Source of the DNA: an uncultured Actinomycetota bacterium
GTDB lineage: Bacteria > Actinomycetota > Actinomycetes > JAHEKZ01
Assembly: GCA_963743915.1 (NCBI GenBank)
Contig: CAVURN010000003.1
Coordinates: 384,001 to 448,000 of the forward strand
DNA: 64,000 bases
Reading direction: 5' to 3'
Shown piece after piece: positions 1-10,072 of the stretch (position 1 is the first letter of the stretch; every line of letters begins with the position of its first letter). The translations under genes were made by a program, and so were the position numbers. The notes under the pieces were generated by a model, which did not search any database, was not told the origin of the DNA, and saw only the letters and a list, made by a program, of their open reading frames with translations.

Positions 1-997
1 CGAGGGTGTGGTGACGACGACCGACAGCTGGCTCGTCCACCAGCTGACGGGTGCCTTTGTCACCGATGCGGCGACGGCGAGCCGTTCGCTGGTCCTCGAC
101 GTCGACACCGCGGCATGGGACCGCGGGCTGCTCGACATCTTCGGCCTGGCCGACGAGCGGATGCCCCTGGTGGTCTCGAACGACGAGGTCGTCGGCACCA
201 CCACGGCCTTCGGTGGCGAGGTACCGGTCGCGGGTCTGGTCGTCGACCAGCAGGCGGCGCTGCTCGCGGAAGGCTGCACGGAGGTGGGGCGCGCCAAGTG
301 CACCTACGGCACCGGGGCATTCCTGCTCGCGAACACGGGCACCGTTGCCCCGCGATCGACCCACGGACTCACCACGTCAGTGGCGTGGCGCACGCGTGAA
401 GGCGTCCAGTACTGCCTCGACGGACAGGTCTACACGGCGGCCTCCGCCCTCCGGTGGCTCGCCGACCTCGGCCTGGTCGAGGACGTCAGGCAGCTCGACG
501 GCGCTGCTGCGCCCGACAGCGACGGCGCCCTCTTCGTGCCTGCGCTGGCCGGCCTCGGTGCGCCCTGGTGGCGGTCCGAGGCGCGGGCCAGCTTCTCGGG
601 CATGAGCCTTGCGACGACACGTGCTCACCTGGTGCGCGCAGTCATCGAGGGGGTCGCGGCCACCGTGGCACGTCTCGTGCAGGTCGTCGGCGACGAGGTG
701 GGCAGCCCGGTGAGCAGCCTCCGGGTCGACGGTGGTCTCACGCACTCGGCCGCCCTGATGCAGGCGCAGGCGGACCTGCTCCAGATACCCGTCGAGGTGT
801 ATCCGTCGGCCCACGCCACCCCTCTTGGTGCCGCGGTGCTGGCCCGCATGGCGGTGACCGGTGTCGACCTGGCAGACGCCGCCTGGCCGTGGTCGCCGTC
901 GCACACCTACCAGCCGTCCTGGACGTCGGACCGCGCCGAGGCGTTCCTCGCACGGTGGGAGCGGGCCGTGGATGCGACGCTCGGTGACGACCGATGA
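1..997 (+). CDS. glpK: FGGY-family carbohydrate kinase (glycerol kinase-like), 5'-truncated by window edge
   Basis: Motifs DQQAAL, KCTYGTGAF, FVPALAGLGAPWW, LRVDGG; stop overlaps next start (ATGA). Confidence 0.85.
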   Translation, partial: EGVVTTTDSWLVHQLTGAFVTDAATASRSLVLDVDTAAWDRGLLDIFGLADERMPLVVSNDEVVGTTTAFGGEVPVAGLVVDQQAALLAEGCTEVGRAKCTYGTGAFLLANTGTVAPRSTHGLTTSVAWRTREGVQYCLDGQVYTAASALRWLADLGLVEDVRQLDGAAAPDSDGALFVPALAGLGAPWWRSEARASFSGMSLATTRAHLVRAVIEGVAATVARLVQVVGDEVGSPVSSLRVDGGLTHSAALMQAQADLLQIPVEVYPSAHATPLGAAVLARMAVTGVDLADAAWPWSPSHTYQPSWTSDRAEAFLARWERAVDATLGDDR

Positions 998-2370
998 CCG
1001 CGCCACCGTTCGACGTCGTCGTCATCGGTGCGGGTGTCGTGGGATGCGCCGTGGCCCGTCAGCTCGCGGGCCACCAGCTGTCGGTGGCGCTGGTGGAGTC
1101 ACGACGCGACGTGGGAGACGTCACGAGCAAGGCGAACACCGCCATCCTGCACACCGGGTTCGACGCGACTCCGGGGACTCTCGAGTCGCGCCTGGTGTCC
1201 CGGGGCTACGAGCTGCTCTCCGACTACGCCGCGGTCACGGGCATTCCCGTCGAACGAACCGGCGCAGTGCTCGTCGCCTGGACGGACGAGGAGCTGGCAG
1301 CGTTGCCTGCGCTGCGCGAGAAGGCTGAGCGCAACGGCTACCGGCGCTGCGAGCTCCTCACGGCCGAGGCCGTCTACGCCCTGGTGTCGTCGCTCGGACC
1401 AGGCGCCCTCGGAGGCATGAGCGTCCCCGACGAGTCGATCATCTGTCCGTGGACGACCACGCTGGCGTTGGCCACCGACTCCCTGCAGCGTGGCGTCGCG
1501 CTGCACCTCGCCCACACCGTCACCGATGTGGTGGTCGACGGACCGATCACCACGGTGGTCACCGACCAGGGAGACCTGTCCACCCGGTGGGTGGTCAACG
1601 CCGCGGGTCTGGGCGCAGACATCATCGACCGACGGCTGGGCCACGACCGGTTCACCGTCGTTCCCCGACGGGGTGAGCTGTTGGTGTTCGACAAGCTGGC
1701 GCGCGCCCTGGTCGACACCATCGTGCTGCCGGTGCCCAGCAGCAAGGGCAAGGGTGTGCTCGTGAGTCCGACCATCTACGGCAACGTGATGCTCGGTCCG
1801 ACGGCTGAGGACAGGACGGACCGCACCGACACATCGACCTCCGAGGACGGCATCGCGTTCCTCCTGGACAAGGGACGGACGCTCATGCCGGCGCTGCTGG
1901 ATGAGGAGGTGACCGCCACCTACGCGGGGCTGCGAGCAGCCACCGAGCACGGGGACTACGTCATCGAGCTCGACGTCGCACAGCGCTCGTTGCTGCTCGG
2001 TGGCATCCGGTCCACCGGACTCACGGCGTCGTTGGCGATCGCCGAGCATGCAGCCGAGCTGCTCGGAGCAGCGCTCGAGATGTCTCCACGACACGACCTC
2101 CCCGAACCACCGCGGATGCCGATGATCGGTGAGAGCTTCCCGCGTCCGTACGAGCGTTCGGATCTGATCGACGGCGACAGCGCGTACGGGACACTCGTGT
2201 GCTTCTGCGAGCGGGTGAGCCTCGGTGAGATCCGGGACGCCGTGACCTCACCGTTGCCGCCCTCCGATCTCGACGGCCTCCGACGACGCACGCGGGCCAT
2301 GATGGGCCGCTGCCAGGGGTTCTACTGCGGCGCCGAGGTCGAGGCGCTGCTGAAGGCGGGAACCCGATGA
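994..2370 (+). CDS. FAD-dependent oxidoreductase (GlpA/LhgO-like) with C-terminal BFD-like [2Fe-2S] domain
   Basis: GAGVVG Rossmann motif, TSKANTAILHTG, C-terminal CFCE...GRCQGFYC. Confidence 0.85.
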   Translation: MTAPPFDVVVIGAGVVGCAVARQLAGHQLSVALVESRRDVGDVTSKANTAILHTGFDATPGTLESRLVSRGYELLSDYAAVTGIPVERTGAVLVAWTDEELAALPALREKAERNGYRRCELLTAEAVYALVSSLGPGALGGMSVPDESIICPWTTTLALATDSLQRGVALHLAHTVTDVVVDGPITTVVTDQGDLSTRWVVNAAGLGADIIDRRLGHDRFTVVPRRGELLVFDKLARALVDTIVLPVPSSKGKGVLVSPTIYGNVMLGPTAEDRTDRTDTSTSEDGIAFLLDKGRTLMPALLDEEVTATYAGLRAATEHGDYVIELDVAQRSLLLGGIRSTGLTASLAIAEHAAELLGAALEMSPRHDLPEPPRMPMIGESFPRPYERSDLIDGDSAYGTLVCFCERVSLGEIRDAVTSPLPPSDLDGLRRRTRAMMGRCQGFYCGAEVEALLKAGTR

Positions 2371-3614
2371 CGGCGCAGACGGAGTCGGTCGATGTCGTGG
2401 TCGTCGGTGCCGGGCCGGCTGGGCTCACGGCCGCAGCAGAGCTTCGGTGCCGCGGCGTCCCCTCCGTCGTGGTGCTCGACCGCGAGGTCCAGGCGGGCGG
2501 CATCCCCCGCCACAGCGACCACACCGGTTTCGGTGTCCGTGACCTCCGTCGGCTGCTGAGCGGTCCGGCGTACGCACGACGGCTGGTGCAGCTGGCGGAG
2601 TCGGCTGGTGCGCAGATCCGGACCCGGTCGATGGTCACCGGCTGGGCGGACGACGCCGCACTCCTGGTCACCAGTCCGCAAGGCCGCTACCGGCTGGACG
2701 CCGGAGCCGTCGTGCTCGCCACGGGGGCACGGGAGCGGCCACGCAGCGCGCGGTTGGTCCCGGGCGATCGCCCAGCAGGTGTGCTGACCACAGGACAGCT
2801 GCAGAACGCGGTGCACCTGCACGGCCGACCGGTGGACGGCCCCGCGGTCATCGTGGGCTCTGAGCTCGTCAGCTGGTCGGCGGCGATGACGTTGCGCGAA
2901 GCCGGGTGTCGCTCGGCGGTCATGGTGACGCCTCACCCGCGCCCGGAGGCCTACGGCGCCTTCGCGGTCACCGGACGGGTGGCGCTCGGTGTCGATCTGC
3001 GCACGCATACCCGAGTGACGCGCATCCTCGGTCACGACCGGGTCGAGGCGGTCGAGCTCACAGATCTCGCGACCGGAAGGCGGTATCTGGAGCCCTGCAG
3101 CACGGTGGTGTTCACCGGGGACTGGATCCCTGACCACGAGCTCGCCCGACTGCGCGGGATCGAGATCGACCCCGCCCACCGGGGACCGCTCGTCGACGCT
3201 GCGCTCCGCACCAGCGCACCCGGGGTCTTCGCGATCGGCAATCTGGTTCATCCGGTCGACACGGCGGACGTCGCGGCCCTGGACGGCAGACACGTGGCGG
3301 GCGCGGTGGCCGCCCACCTCGAATCCGGCGACCGACGCTCGCCGGCCGTGCGACTGCGGGCCGAAGCCCCGTTCCGCTGGGTGACACCCGGCTGGCTCCG
3401 CCCCGACGCCGGCGCACCTCCGCGTCACCGGCTGCTGCTGTGGGCCGACGAACACCACCGCACACCACAGGTCGTGGCGCGGCAGGGAGCCTCGGTCATC
3501 GGCCGGAGGCGGCTCCCCTGGCCGGCGTCACCCGGACGCATGTTCCGCGTGCCGTGGAGCCTGGTCGCCGATGCAGACCCGGAAGCGGGTGACGTCACGC
3601 TCTCCCTTGCGTGA
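2367..3614 (+). CDS. NAD(P)/FAD-dependent pyridine nucleotide-disulfide oxidoreductase
   Basis: GAGPAGLTAA, ATGARER, TSAPGVFAIGN; translationally coupled to upstream gene. Confidence 0.85.
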   Translation: MTAQTESVDVVVVGAGPAGLTAAAELRCRGVPSVVVLDREVQAGGIPRHSDHTGFGVRDLRRLLSGPAYARRLVQLAESAGAQIRTRSMVTGWADDAALLVTSPQGRYRLDAGAVVLATGARERPRSARLVPGDRPAGVLTTGQLQNAVHLHGRPVDGPAVIVGSELVSWSAAMTLREAGCRSAVMVTPHPRPEAYGAFAVTGRVALGVDLRTHTRVTRILGHDRVEAVELTDLATGRRYLEPCSTVVFTGDWIPDHELARLRGIEIDPAHRGPLVDAALRTSAPGVFAIGNLVHPVDTADVAALDGRHVAGAVAAHLESGDRRSPAVRLRAEAPFRWVTPGWLRPDAGAPPRHRLLLWADEHHRTPQVVARQGASVIGRRRLPWPASPGRMFRVPWSLVADADPEAGDVTLSLA

Positions 3615-3656
3615 CCTGCGACCCTGGCGCGCTGGGCGCCCGACACCGAGCATGGT
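3611..3656 (+). promoter_or_regulatory. Putative DosR/DevR-type box GTGACCTGCGACCC (3611-3624) with candidate -10 CATGGT (3651-3656)
   Basis: 12/14 match to the upstream cydA box (GGGACCTTCGACCC on the minus strand); similar distance to -10 (26 vs 25 nt). Confidence 0.5.
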
Positions 3657-3680
3657 GGAGGGGGAGGAATGGGGTGTGTC

Positions 3681-4946
3681 ATGTTCCTCGATCGCCGTGA
3701 CGCGGGACGTCAGCTGGCCCACCGACTCGAGGCTTGGCGCGGAACCGACCTCGTGGTGCTCGGACTGCCCCGAGGCGGTGTCCCTGTGGCCGCGGAGGTG
3801 GCGCGCGCCCTGGGGGCGTCACTCGACGTGATCGTCGTCCGCAAGGTGGGCGTGCCGTGGCAGCCGGAGCTGGCGATGGGAGCGGTCGGCGAGGAAGGCG
3901 TCCGGGTGGTGAACGAGGACGTCCTGCGGCAGGCCGACGTGCCGGCGGATGCCCTCGAGGCTGCGGTTCGACGCGAGACAGCCGAGGTCGAGCGTCGGGC
4001 CCTGCTGTACCGCGGCAACCGGCCGCGCGTGCCTCTGTCCGGACGGACCGCGCTGATCGTCGATGACGGCATCGCCACCGGGGCCACCGCGCGCGCCGCA
4101 TGTCAGGTCGCCAGGGCCCACGGTGCCGCTCACGTCGTGCTCGCGGTACCGGTCGCACCCCACGGCTGGAGTCGCAGCTTCGCCTCGGTGGCCGACGAGT
4201 GCGTCGACGTCGAGGCGCCAGAGAGCTTCTTCGCCGTCGGGGCTCACTACCGGGACTTCACGCCGACGAGTGACGAAGAAGTCGTCGACCAGCTCACCTC
4301 GCAGCCACCGCACGAGGAGCAGCTGGCGATCCCGTGCAACGGATCGATGCTCGCGGGAACACTGACTCTGCCGTCGCTCGCGCAGGGGCTCGTGGTCTTC
4401 GCACACGGAAGTGGCAGCAGTCACCGCAGCGTCCGCAACCGGTTCGTCGCCCGTCAGCTGGTCGACGCCGGCTTCGCCACCGGCTTGTTCGACCTGCTCA
4501 CCGAGGTCGAGGAGCACGATCGGGCCAACGTGTTCGACATCGAGATGCTCACCGGGCGACTGCTGGTCATCACCGACTGGCTCCAGGAGCAGCCGGTGCT
4601 GAACGGTCTTCCGCTCGGGTACTTCGGAGCGAGCACCGGAGCCGCCGCCGCGCTGGCGGCGGCAGCCCGACGGGGCGACCGCGTGGCCGCAGTGGTCAGC
4701 CGCGGCGGCCGACCCGACCTCGCGATGCCGGTGCTCCGATCCGTGACGGCACCCACGCTGCTGATCGTCGGTGGCGCCGACGAGCTGGTGCTCGACCTGA
4801 ACCGCCAGGCCCTCGCCGAGCTCCACTGCCCCGCCGATCTCACCGTGGTCCCCGGCGCCACCCACCTGTTCGCCGAGCCGGGCGCGCTGGAGGCGGTCGC
4901 CGAGATGGCCGGTCAATGGTTCGGCAAGCACCTCGTCCGACGTTGA
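3681..4946 (+). CDS. Phosphoribosyltransferase fused to dienelactone-hydrolase-like alpha/beta hydrolase (Rv0571c/Rv2143-like)
   Basis: FLDRRDAGRQLA, GLPRGGVPVA, IVDDGIATG; C-terminal FAHGSGSS, GASTG, VSRGGRPDLA. Alternative start at 3669. Confidence 0.88.
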   Translation: MFLDRRDAGRQLAHRLEAWRGTDLVVLGLPRGGVPVAAEVARALGASLDVIVVRKVGVPWQPELAMGAVGEEGVRVVNEDVLRQADVPADALEAAVRRETAEVERRALLYRGNRPRVPLSGRTALIVDDGIATGATARAACQVARAHGAAHVVLAVPVAPHGWSRSFASVADECVDVEAPESFFAVGAHYRDFTPTSDEEVVDQLTSQPPHEEQLAIPCNGSMLAGTLTLPSLAQGLVVFAHGSGSSHRSVRNRFVARQLVDAGFATGLFDLLTEVEEHDRANVFDIEMLTGRLLVITDWLQEQPVLNGLPLGYFGASTGAAAALAAAARRGDRVAAVVSRGGRPDLAMPVLRSVTAPTLLIVGGADELVLDLNRQALAELHCPADLTVVPGATHLFAEPGALEAVAEMAGQWFGKHLVRR

Positions 4947-4973
4947 CCCTCACGCGACGTCAGGCTCTAGCGT
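4943..4973 (+). promoter_or_regulatory. MerR/TipA-type promoter-operator: -35 TTGACC, 19-bp spacer, -10 TAGCGT, dyad CCTCACG-N3-CGTCAGG
   Basis: Elongated 19-bp spacer containing the dyad (4948-4964), resembling the Streptomyces tipA promoter; ATG 7 nt after -10 (leaderless). Confidence 0.85.
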
Positions 4974-4980
4974 CTCCGAC

Positions 4981-5754
4981 ATGGGTGATAGGACCGTCGG
5001 AGAGGTGGCGACGGCCACTGGGCTCACCGTGCGCACGCTCCACCACTACGACGCGATCGGTCTGGTCGTGCCGAGCGGCCGTTCGGCCTCCGGGTACCGG
5101 CTCTACTCGGACGAGGACGTCGAGCGACTGCACGCAGTGTGCACCTACCGCGCACTGGGTCTGTCGCTGGAGTCCATCGGCGAGATCCTGGCCGACGGGG
5201 ACACCGACACTCACCTGCGGCGCCAGCACGCGCTGGTGGCCGATCAGATCGCCCGGCTGCGCGACGTGCAGCTGACGCTGGAGACGATGATCGAGGCGAG
5301 GAGCATCAACGTGGACCTGACTCCGGAGGAGACCTTCGAGCTCTTCGGCGAGCACGACCCGCGTGCGCACCAGGAGGAGGTCGAGGAGCGGTGGGGTGAG
5401 ACCGACGCCTATCGCGAGTCGACCCGGCGCGTTCGGCGCTACGGCCCGGCGGATTGGCGCGAGATCAAGGCCGAGGGTGAGGAGATCGAGCAGCGCTTCG
5501 CCGAGCTTCTGCGTCAGGGCTGTCGACCGGACGCGCCGGAGGCTCGCGCCGCTGCGGAGCGGCACCGGATACACATCGAGCGGTGGTTCTATCCCTGTTC
5601 GCTCGTGATGCATCGGGGCTTGGCTGAGCTGTACGTGACCGATCGCCGCTTCGCCGCCCACTACGACGGACGCGAGCCGGGGCTCGCCGAGTTCGTCAGC
5701 AGAGCGATCACCGCCAATGCCGCTGCCGCCAACGCTGAGGATGATCCTTCCTAA
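4981..5754 (+). CDS. tipA: MerR-family regulator with TipAS antibiotic-recognition domain
   Basis: TVRTLHHYDAIGL HTH; LTPEETFELFG, EERWGETDAYRES, YVTDRRF. Confidence 0.92.
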   Translation: MGDRTVGEVATATGLTVRTLHHYDAIGLVVPSGRSASGYRLYSDEDVERLHAVCTYRALGLSLESIGEILADGDTDTHLRRQHALVADQIARLRDVQLTLETMIEARSINVDLTPEETFELFGEHDPRAHQEEVEERWGETDAYRESTRRVRRYGPADWREIKAEGEEIEQRFAELLRQGCRPDAPEARAAAERHRIHIERWFYPCSLVMHRGLAELYVTDRRFAAHYDGREPGLAEFVSRAITANAAAANAEDDPS

Positions 5755-5804
5755 TTCGTCGTGAACAATGACGGTCACCTGCCACCGTCCGTTGGGATCC
5801 ACTC

Positions 5805-6620
5805 GTGTCGCGCTCGTCCGCCGCGGTCCTGACCGGGCTGGCTCGTGGGTGCCACCCGGGGCCGACCTTCGTGGTCACTCTGGTCGCGGCACTGCTGACC
5901 GTCTCCGGCGGCGCACGCGCATCGACGACGGCTCTCGTGACGCTCACGGTGCTGACCGGACAGCTCTCCATCGGTTGGTCGAACGACTGGCTGGATGCGG
6001 CACGTGACCGGACGCGGCAGGACAAGCCGACGGCGGCCGGTGTCATCAGTCCGCTGACGTTGCGGGCCGCGGCCGTCATCGCCCTGGTGGCGACCACGCT
6101 GCTCTCCGTCCTGCCGTCCTGGCCCCACGGCCTGTGGCAGCTGGTGCTGGTCGGTGCCGGCTGGAGCTACAACCTGGGACTGAAGTCCACGGTGGCCTCG
6201 CCGGTCCCCTATGCGGTGGGCTTCGGGGCACTTCCGGGGTACGCCCTGACCGCAGCCGGTGCTGCCCTCGAGTGGTGGGTGCTGGCGGCCGGGGCGCTGC
6301 TCGGGGTGGCTGCGCACTTCGCCAATGCTGCGCCGGACGTCGAGCTCGACCGTTCCCAGGGAGTCGATGGACTGCCCCAGCGACTGGGGGCCCCGCTCTC
6401 GCTCGGCCTCGCCCTCGCGGTGCTCGCGGCGGCCGGAACGCTGCTCATCGGACACCTCGACGTGTCGCCGCCCGCCGTTGCCGCGGCGGCAGGGTTGGTG
6501 CTGCTGCCGCTGCTCGTGGGACTGGGGGCGCTGGTACGGGGCGGCGACAAGTCGCTGACCTTCCGACTGGTGATGGTGGCTGCAGTGCTGGACGTCGCCC
6601 TGCTGGTTGTCGCTGCGTGA
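5805..6620 (+). CDS. UbiA-family prenyltransferase
   Basis: SIGWSNDWLDAARD and NAAPDVELD Asp-rich motifs; multiple TM helices. Confidence 0.85.
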   Translation: MSRSSAAVLTGLARGCHPGPTFVVTLVAALLTVSGGARASTTALVTLTVLTGQLSIGWSNDWLDAARDRTRQDKPTAAGVISPLTLRAAAVIALVATTLLSVLPSWPHGLWQLVLVGAGWSYNLGLKSTVASPVPYAVGFGALPGYALTAAGAALEWWVLAAGALLGVAAHFANAAPDVELDRSQGVDGLPQRLGAPLSLGLALAVLAAAGTLLIGHLDVSPPAVAAAAGLVLLPLLVGLGALVRGGDKSLTFRLVMVAAVLDVALLVVAA

Positions 6621-6729
6621 TCGCCGGCCGGGTCGTCCGGCCCTGCTCGATGAACCTCTCCCCGGGTTACCGTCGGGGTGCTGACCCAGGGCACACCGCT
6701 CCCGGGCGGCTCGCGCACTGGGATCCACC

Positions 6730-8712
6730 ATGACCGGTCACCGCGTCTCCGCACTCGCCTCTGTCGTTGCTCTCGGTACCGCGCTCGTGGTGCCCTCCCC
6801 CGCGTCGGCGGACGCGACCACGTTCCCGCCGACGATCGGGCCGATCGTCACCGGGGACGTCACCGGGTACCAGTGGATGCTTCCGGCGACCAACGCAGAG
6901 GCCGCCCACACCGAAGCCACCGGCGCTGGCGTCATCGTCGCCATCATCGACACCGGGGTCGACGCGTCACATCCCGACCTCGAGGGGCGGGTGCTCGACG
7001 GCGCGATCGTGCAGGCGGACGACGTGACGGGGAAACCTGAGCTTGTCCCGGCGACCGTCGAGCAGACTTCGCGCGACTGGTACGGCCACGGATCCCACGT
7101 GGCCGGGATCGTGGCAGCCGACGACGACGGCGACGGCGTCACCGGCATGGCGCCGGATGCGCAGATCCTGCCCATCGACCTCGAACCTCGCCGGAGCCCC
7201 GTGCGCACGGATGCGCAGTTCTTCTCGATGGTGTCCGCCGGGATCGACTACGCAGTGGCGGAGGGTGCTGATGTGGTGAACATGTCGCTCGGCGGCATCT
7301 CCAGCGGCATCGCGCCCAGCAAGCACACGCAGCGCTATCTCGACGCCCTCGACGCCGTGTGCGCATCGGTGGACTCCGCAGTTGCGGACGGCACCGTCGT
7401 GGTGGCGTCGGCCGGCAACTCCGGCGACTGGGGCAACCCGGAGGCGAAGCCGGCCGCCTGCCCGGGGGCGGTCACGGTGGCCGCGCTCGGCCCTTCCCTG
7501 GACCGCACCTTCTGGTCGTCCTTCGACGCGGCCGTCGACCTGTCGGCCCCCGGTGAGGACATCCTGTCGGTGGACTCCACCGTGGCCCAGCTGTCTCCGA
7601 CCCCCCACACGCTGGCGAGCGGGACGTCGATGGCCGCGCCGGTCGTCACGGGCGTGGCAGCCCTGGTGAAGGAACGGCATCCGACGTGGGACGCCGACCA
7701 GGTGGCGGACCAGCTGACGGCGACAGCCATGGACCTCGGCGTCGCGGGACGCGACCCGGACACCGGCTTCGGCATCGTCGACGCGGCCGCTGCCGTCGGC
7801 ACGCCGGCACCTGCGCCCGAACGTCAGATGTTCTTCGCAACCTGGGGCGAGATGGTCTGGGGCGGTGACGCGGACGACGCGGTGATCTCGTGGACGACCC
7901 CGGACGTCGAGCCCGTCACCGGGTACACGGTCACGGTGCACACCGACACCGGCACCACCGACTACCCGGTCAGCGGTCTCACCGTCCGCGCTGTCGTCGA
8001 CCTTCCGGACGGTGCGTGGTGGACGGTCACCGCACAGGCAGCCGGTGGCGACGTCACCACCTATCCGCAGGCGCGTCTGGGAGGCGGTGCCGGAGACCGC
8101 CCCGAGCGGCTGCGCGACATCCGCATGACCCGCACAGGTGATCGCCTCCACATCACGTGGAGCCAGCCCGCTGAGCCGACCGACATCGACGTCATCCGCG
8201 CATGGGTACGCATGAAGGACCCGAACGGCTCGACGTCCCGTCGCCTTGTGGTGGACCAGACCAAACCGTTCCCGGACGGAATGACCGTCCCGCTGCCCCC
8301 GCGCGCGCGGTGGTCCGACATTCGGCTGGCGCTGTCCCTGGTCAATCGCGACGACGACGGTCGGACGATCGGCGGTCGCTGGCAGGAGGTTCGGCGCGGG
8401 TCCCCGGCGGTGTACGGATCACACGTCGAGTGGGCCGCGGCCACGGGACGCCGTACGGTCGAGGTCGAGGGCCACGTCAGTGACCTGAACGCCCAGCGGG
8501 TGTGTGACAACCACACCTGCGCGCGCGAGCCGGCCACTCTCGTGATCGACCGAGGTCAGCAGAACGATCGGATCGACGTCCGGTACAGCACGCAGGGGAC
8601 GTTCCACACGACACTCAGCGTCGCACCGGGCACCGAGGTGCTCCGCATGCGGATCGTCGGGCCGAAGACGCTGGACAGCGGTCCCCTTGTCCGTGTCCGT
8701 GTGCAGCGGTAG
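6730..8712 (+). CDS. Secreted S8 subtilisin-like serine peptidase with C-terminal beta-rich (Fn3-like) domains
   Basis: Signal peptide ending PASA; catalytic IIDTG, HGSHVAG, GTSMA motifs. Confidence 0.92.
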   Translation: MTGHRVSALASVVALGTALVVPSPASADATTFPPTIGPIVTGDVTGYQWMLPATNAEAAHTEATGAGVIVAIIDTGVDASHPDLEGRVLDGAIVQADDVTGKPELVPATVEQTSRDWYGHGSHVAGIVAADDDGDGVTGMAPDAQILPIDLEPRRSPVRTDAQFFSMVSAGIDYAVAEGADVVNMSLGGISSGIAPSKHTQRYLDALDAVCASVDSAVADGTVVVASAGNSGDWGNPEAKPAACPGAVTVAALGPSLDRTFWSSFDAAVDLSAPGEDILSVDSTVAQLSPTPHTLASGTSMAAPVVTGVAALVKERHPTWDADQVADQLTATAMDLGVAGRDPDTGFGIVDAAAAVGTPAPAPERQMFFATWGEMVWGGDADDAVISWTTPDVEPVTGYTVTVHTDTGTTDYPVSGLTVRAVVDLPDGAWWTVTAQAAGGDVTTYPQARLGGGAGDRPERLRDIRMTRTGDRLHITWSQPAEPTDIDVIRAWVRMKDPNGSTSRRLVVDQTKPFPDGMTVPLPPRARWSDIRLALSLVNRDDDGRTIGGRWQEVRRGSPAVYGSHVEWAAATGRRTVEVEGHVSDLNAQRVCDNHTCAREPATLVIDRGQQNDRIDVRYSTQGTFHTTLSVAPGTEVLRMRIVGPKTLDSGPLVRVRVQR

Positions 8713-8715
8713 CCG

Positions 8716-9445
8716 TCACAACAGCTGGAGCTGCAGGACCTCCATCGACACAGCCATGGGGACACCGAGCTCGACGCCGGTCTGACGTGCGAGGCCCTCG
8801 AGCATCTCCTCGGGGTCGGGCGCGTCGGATCCAAGTCCGGCCAGGTAGGCGCGGTGAGCGTGCAGGGACGCCAGGCCGGCGGCGAAGGTGTCGGTGACCT
8901 CGACGCGCGTGAGTCGCATCCGGTGATCCCGCCGCCCACACCTGCCGGACACCGGCCCACGGCTCGAGACCCTCGTCGAGCAGGTCCCGGAAGACCCAGC
9001 GGTTGCCCGCATCCCGCGCAGCGTCGAGGACGGCGCGACCACCGTGGATGTGGTCGGCCTGGTTGAGCATCACGCCGCCGTACGTCTCGCGAAAGTTGGT
9101 GGTGATGACGATGTCGGGCCGGTGCCGTCTGATGGACGCGGCAATCGCGCGACGCAGGGGCAGGCCGTACTCGAGCATGCCGTCGGGGAACCCGAGGAAC
9201 TCGACCTCGGTCACGCCTACGTGGGCACAGGCGGCGCGTTGCTCAGCCTCGCGCACTGCGCGCGACTCCTCCGGCGCCAGACCGTCGATTCCCGCCTCGC
9301 CGCTGGTCAGCAGCGTGTACACCACCTGCTTGCCCTGACCGGTGAAGCGTGCGATGACGGCCGCTCCGCCGTACTCCATGTCGTCGGGGTGCGGGACCAC
9401 GACAAGGGCGCGGTCCCAGTTCTCGTCGAGCGGTTCAAGAGCCAT
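8716..9445 (-). CDS. PIG-L/LmbE-family deacetylase (1-nt frameshift near 8920)
   Basis: PHPDDMEYG, NQADH; C-terminus (VTDTFAAGLASLHAHRAYL) continues in another frame. Confidence 0.85.
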
Positions 9446-9478
9446 GAGGCGACGGTAACGGCTCCAGCCGCGGGGCGG

Positions 9479-9976
9479 TCAGGCCCCCGACAGCTCAGCC
9501 GAGGGTGTCGCGGCGTCCAGGTGTGACAGCAGCCCGCGACAGGCGCTCTCGATCTGGGTGAGGACGCCGTCGAACTCGTCCGCGCCGCCGTAGTAGGGGT
9601 CGGGGACGTCGAGACCCTCGGCCAGCGGGTCGAACTCGAGCATCAACCGGACGGCGTCCCCCTGCGGACGCGTGGGTGCGAGCCGGCGGAGGTCGCGCTG
9701 GTTGTCGCGGTCCATGGCGACGACCAGGTCGAACGTGTCGAACCACTCGGGGCGGAACTGCTGCGCCTGGTGCTCGGTCGGGTAGCCGCGTCGGCGCAGC
9801 GCGGCCTGCGCGCGCCGGTCGGCCGGGTCGCCGACGTGCCAGCTTCCGGTCCCCGCGCTCGCGACCGTGACGCCGTCGATACCGGCCTGCGCCAGCTCGT
9901 GCTGAAACACCAGCGCCGCCATGGGCGAGCGGCAGATGTTTCCCATGCAGACGAAGATCACCGAGTTCAGGGGCAC
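9479..9976 (-). CDS. ptpA: Low molecular weight protein-tyrosine phosphatase
   Basis: CMGNICRS P-loop, DVPDPYYGG. Confidence 0.93.
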   Translation of the reverse strand: MPLNSVIFVCMGNICRSPMAALVFQHELAQAGIDGVTVASAGTGSWHVGDPADRRAQAALRRRGYPTEHQAQQFRPEWFDTFDLVVAMDRDNQRDLRRLAPTRPQGDAVRLMLEFDPLAEGLDVPDPYYGGADEFDGVLTQIESACRGLLSHLDAATPSAELSGA

Positions 9977-10072
9977 GGGCGCGATGGTGACACCCGGCTC
10001 GCGCGTCAGCAAGCAACCACGCCTTTTCGTAATGACCTGCGCAGAGCAACTTCAGAAACCAAAGTTCTGCCC

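Noticed and set aside
6730-8712. Mycosin / type VII secretion locus
   Set aside because: No esx/ecc genes nearby and no C-terminal TM anchor; treated as a generic secreted subtilase
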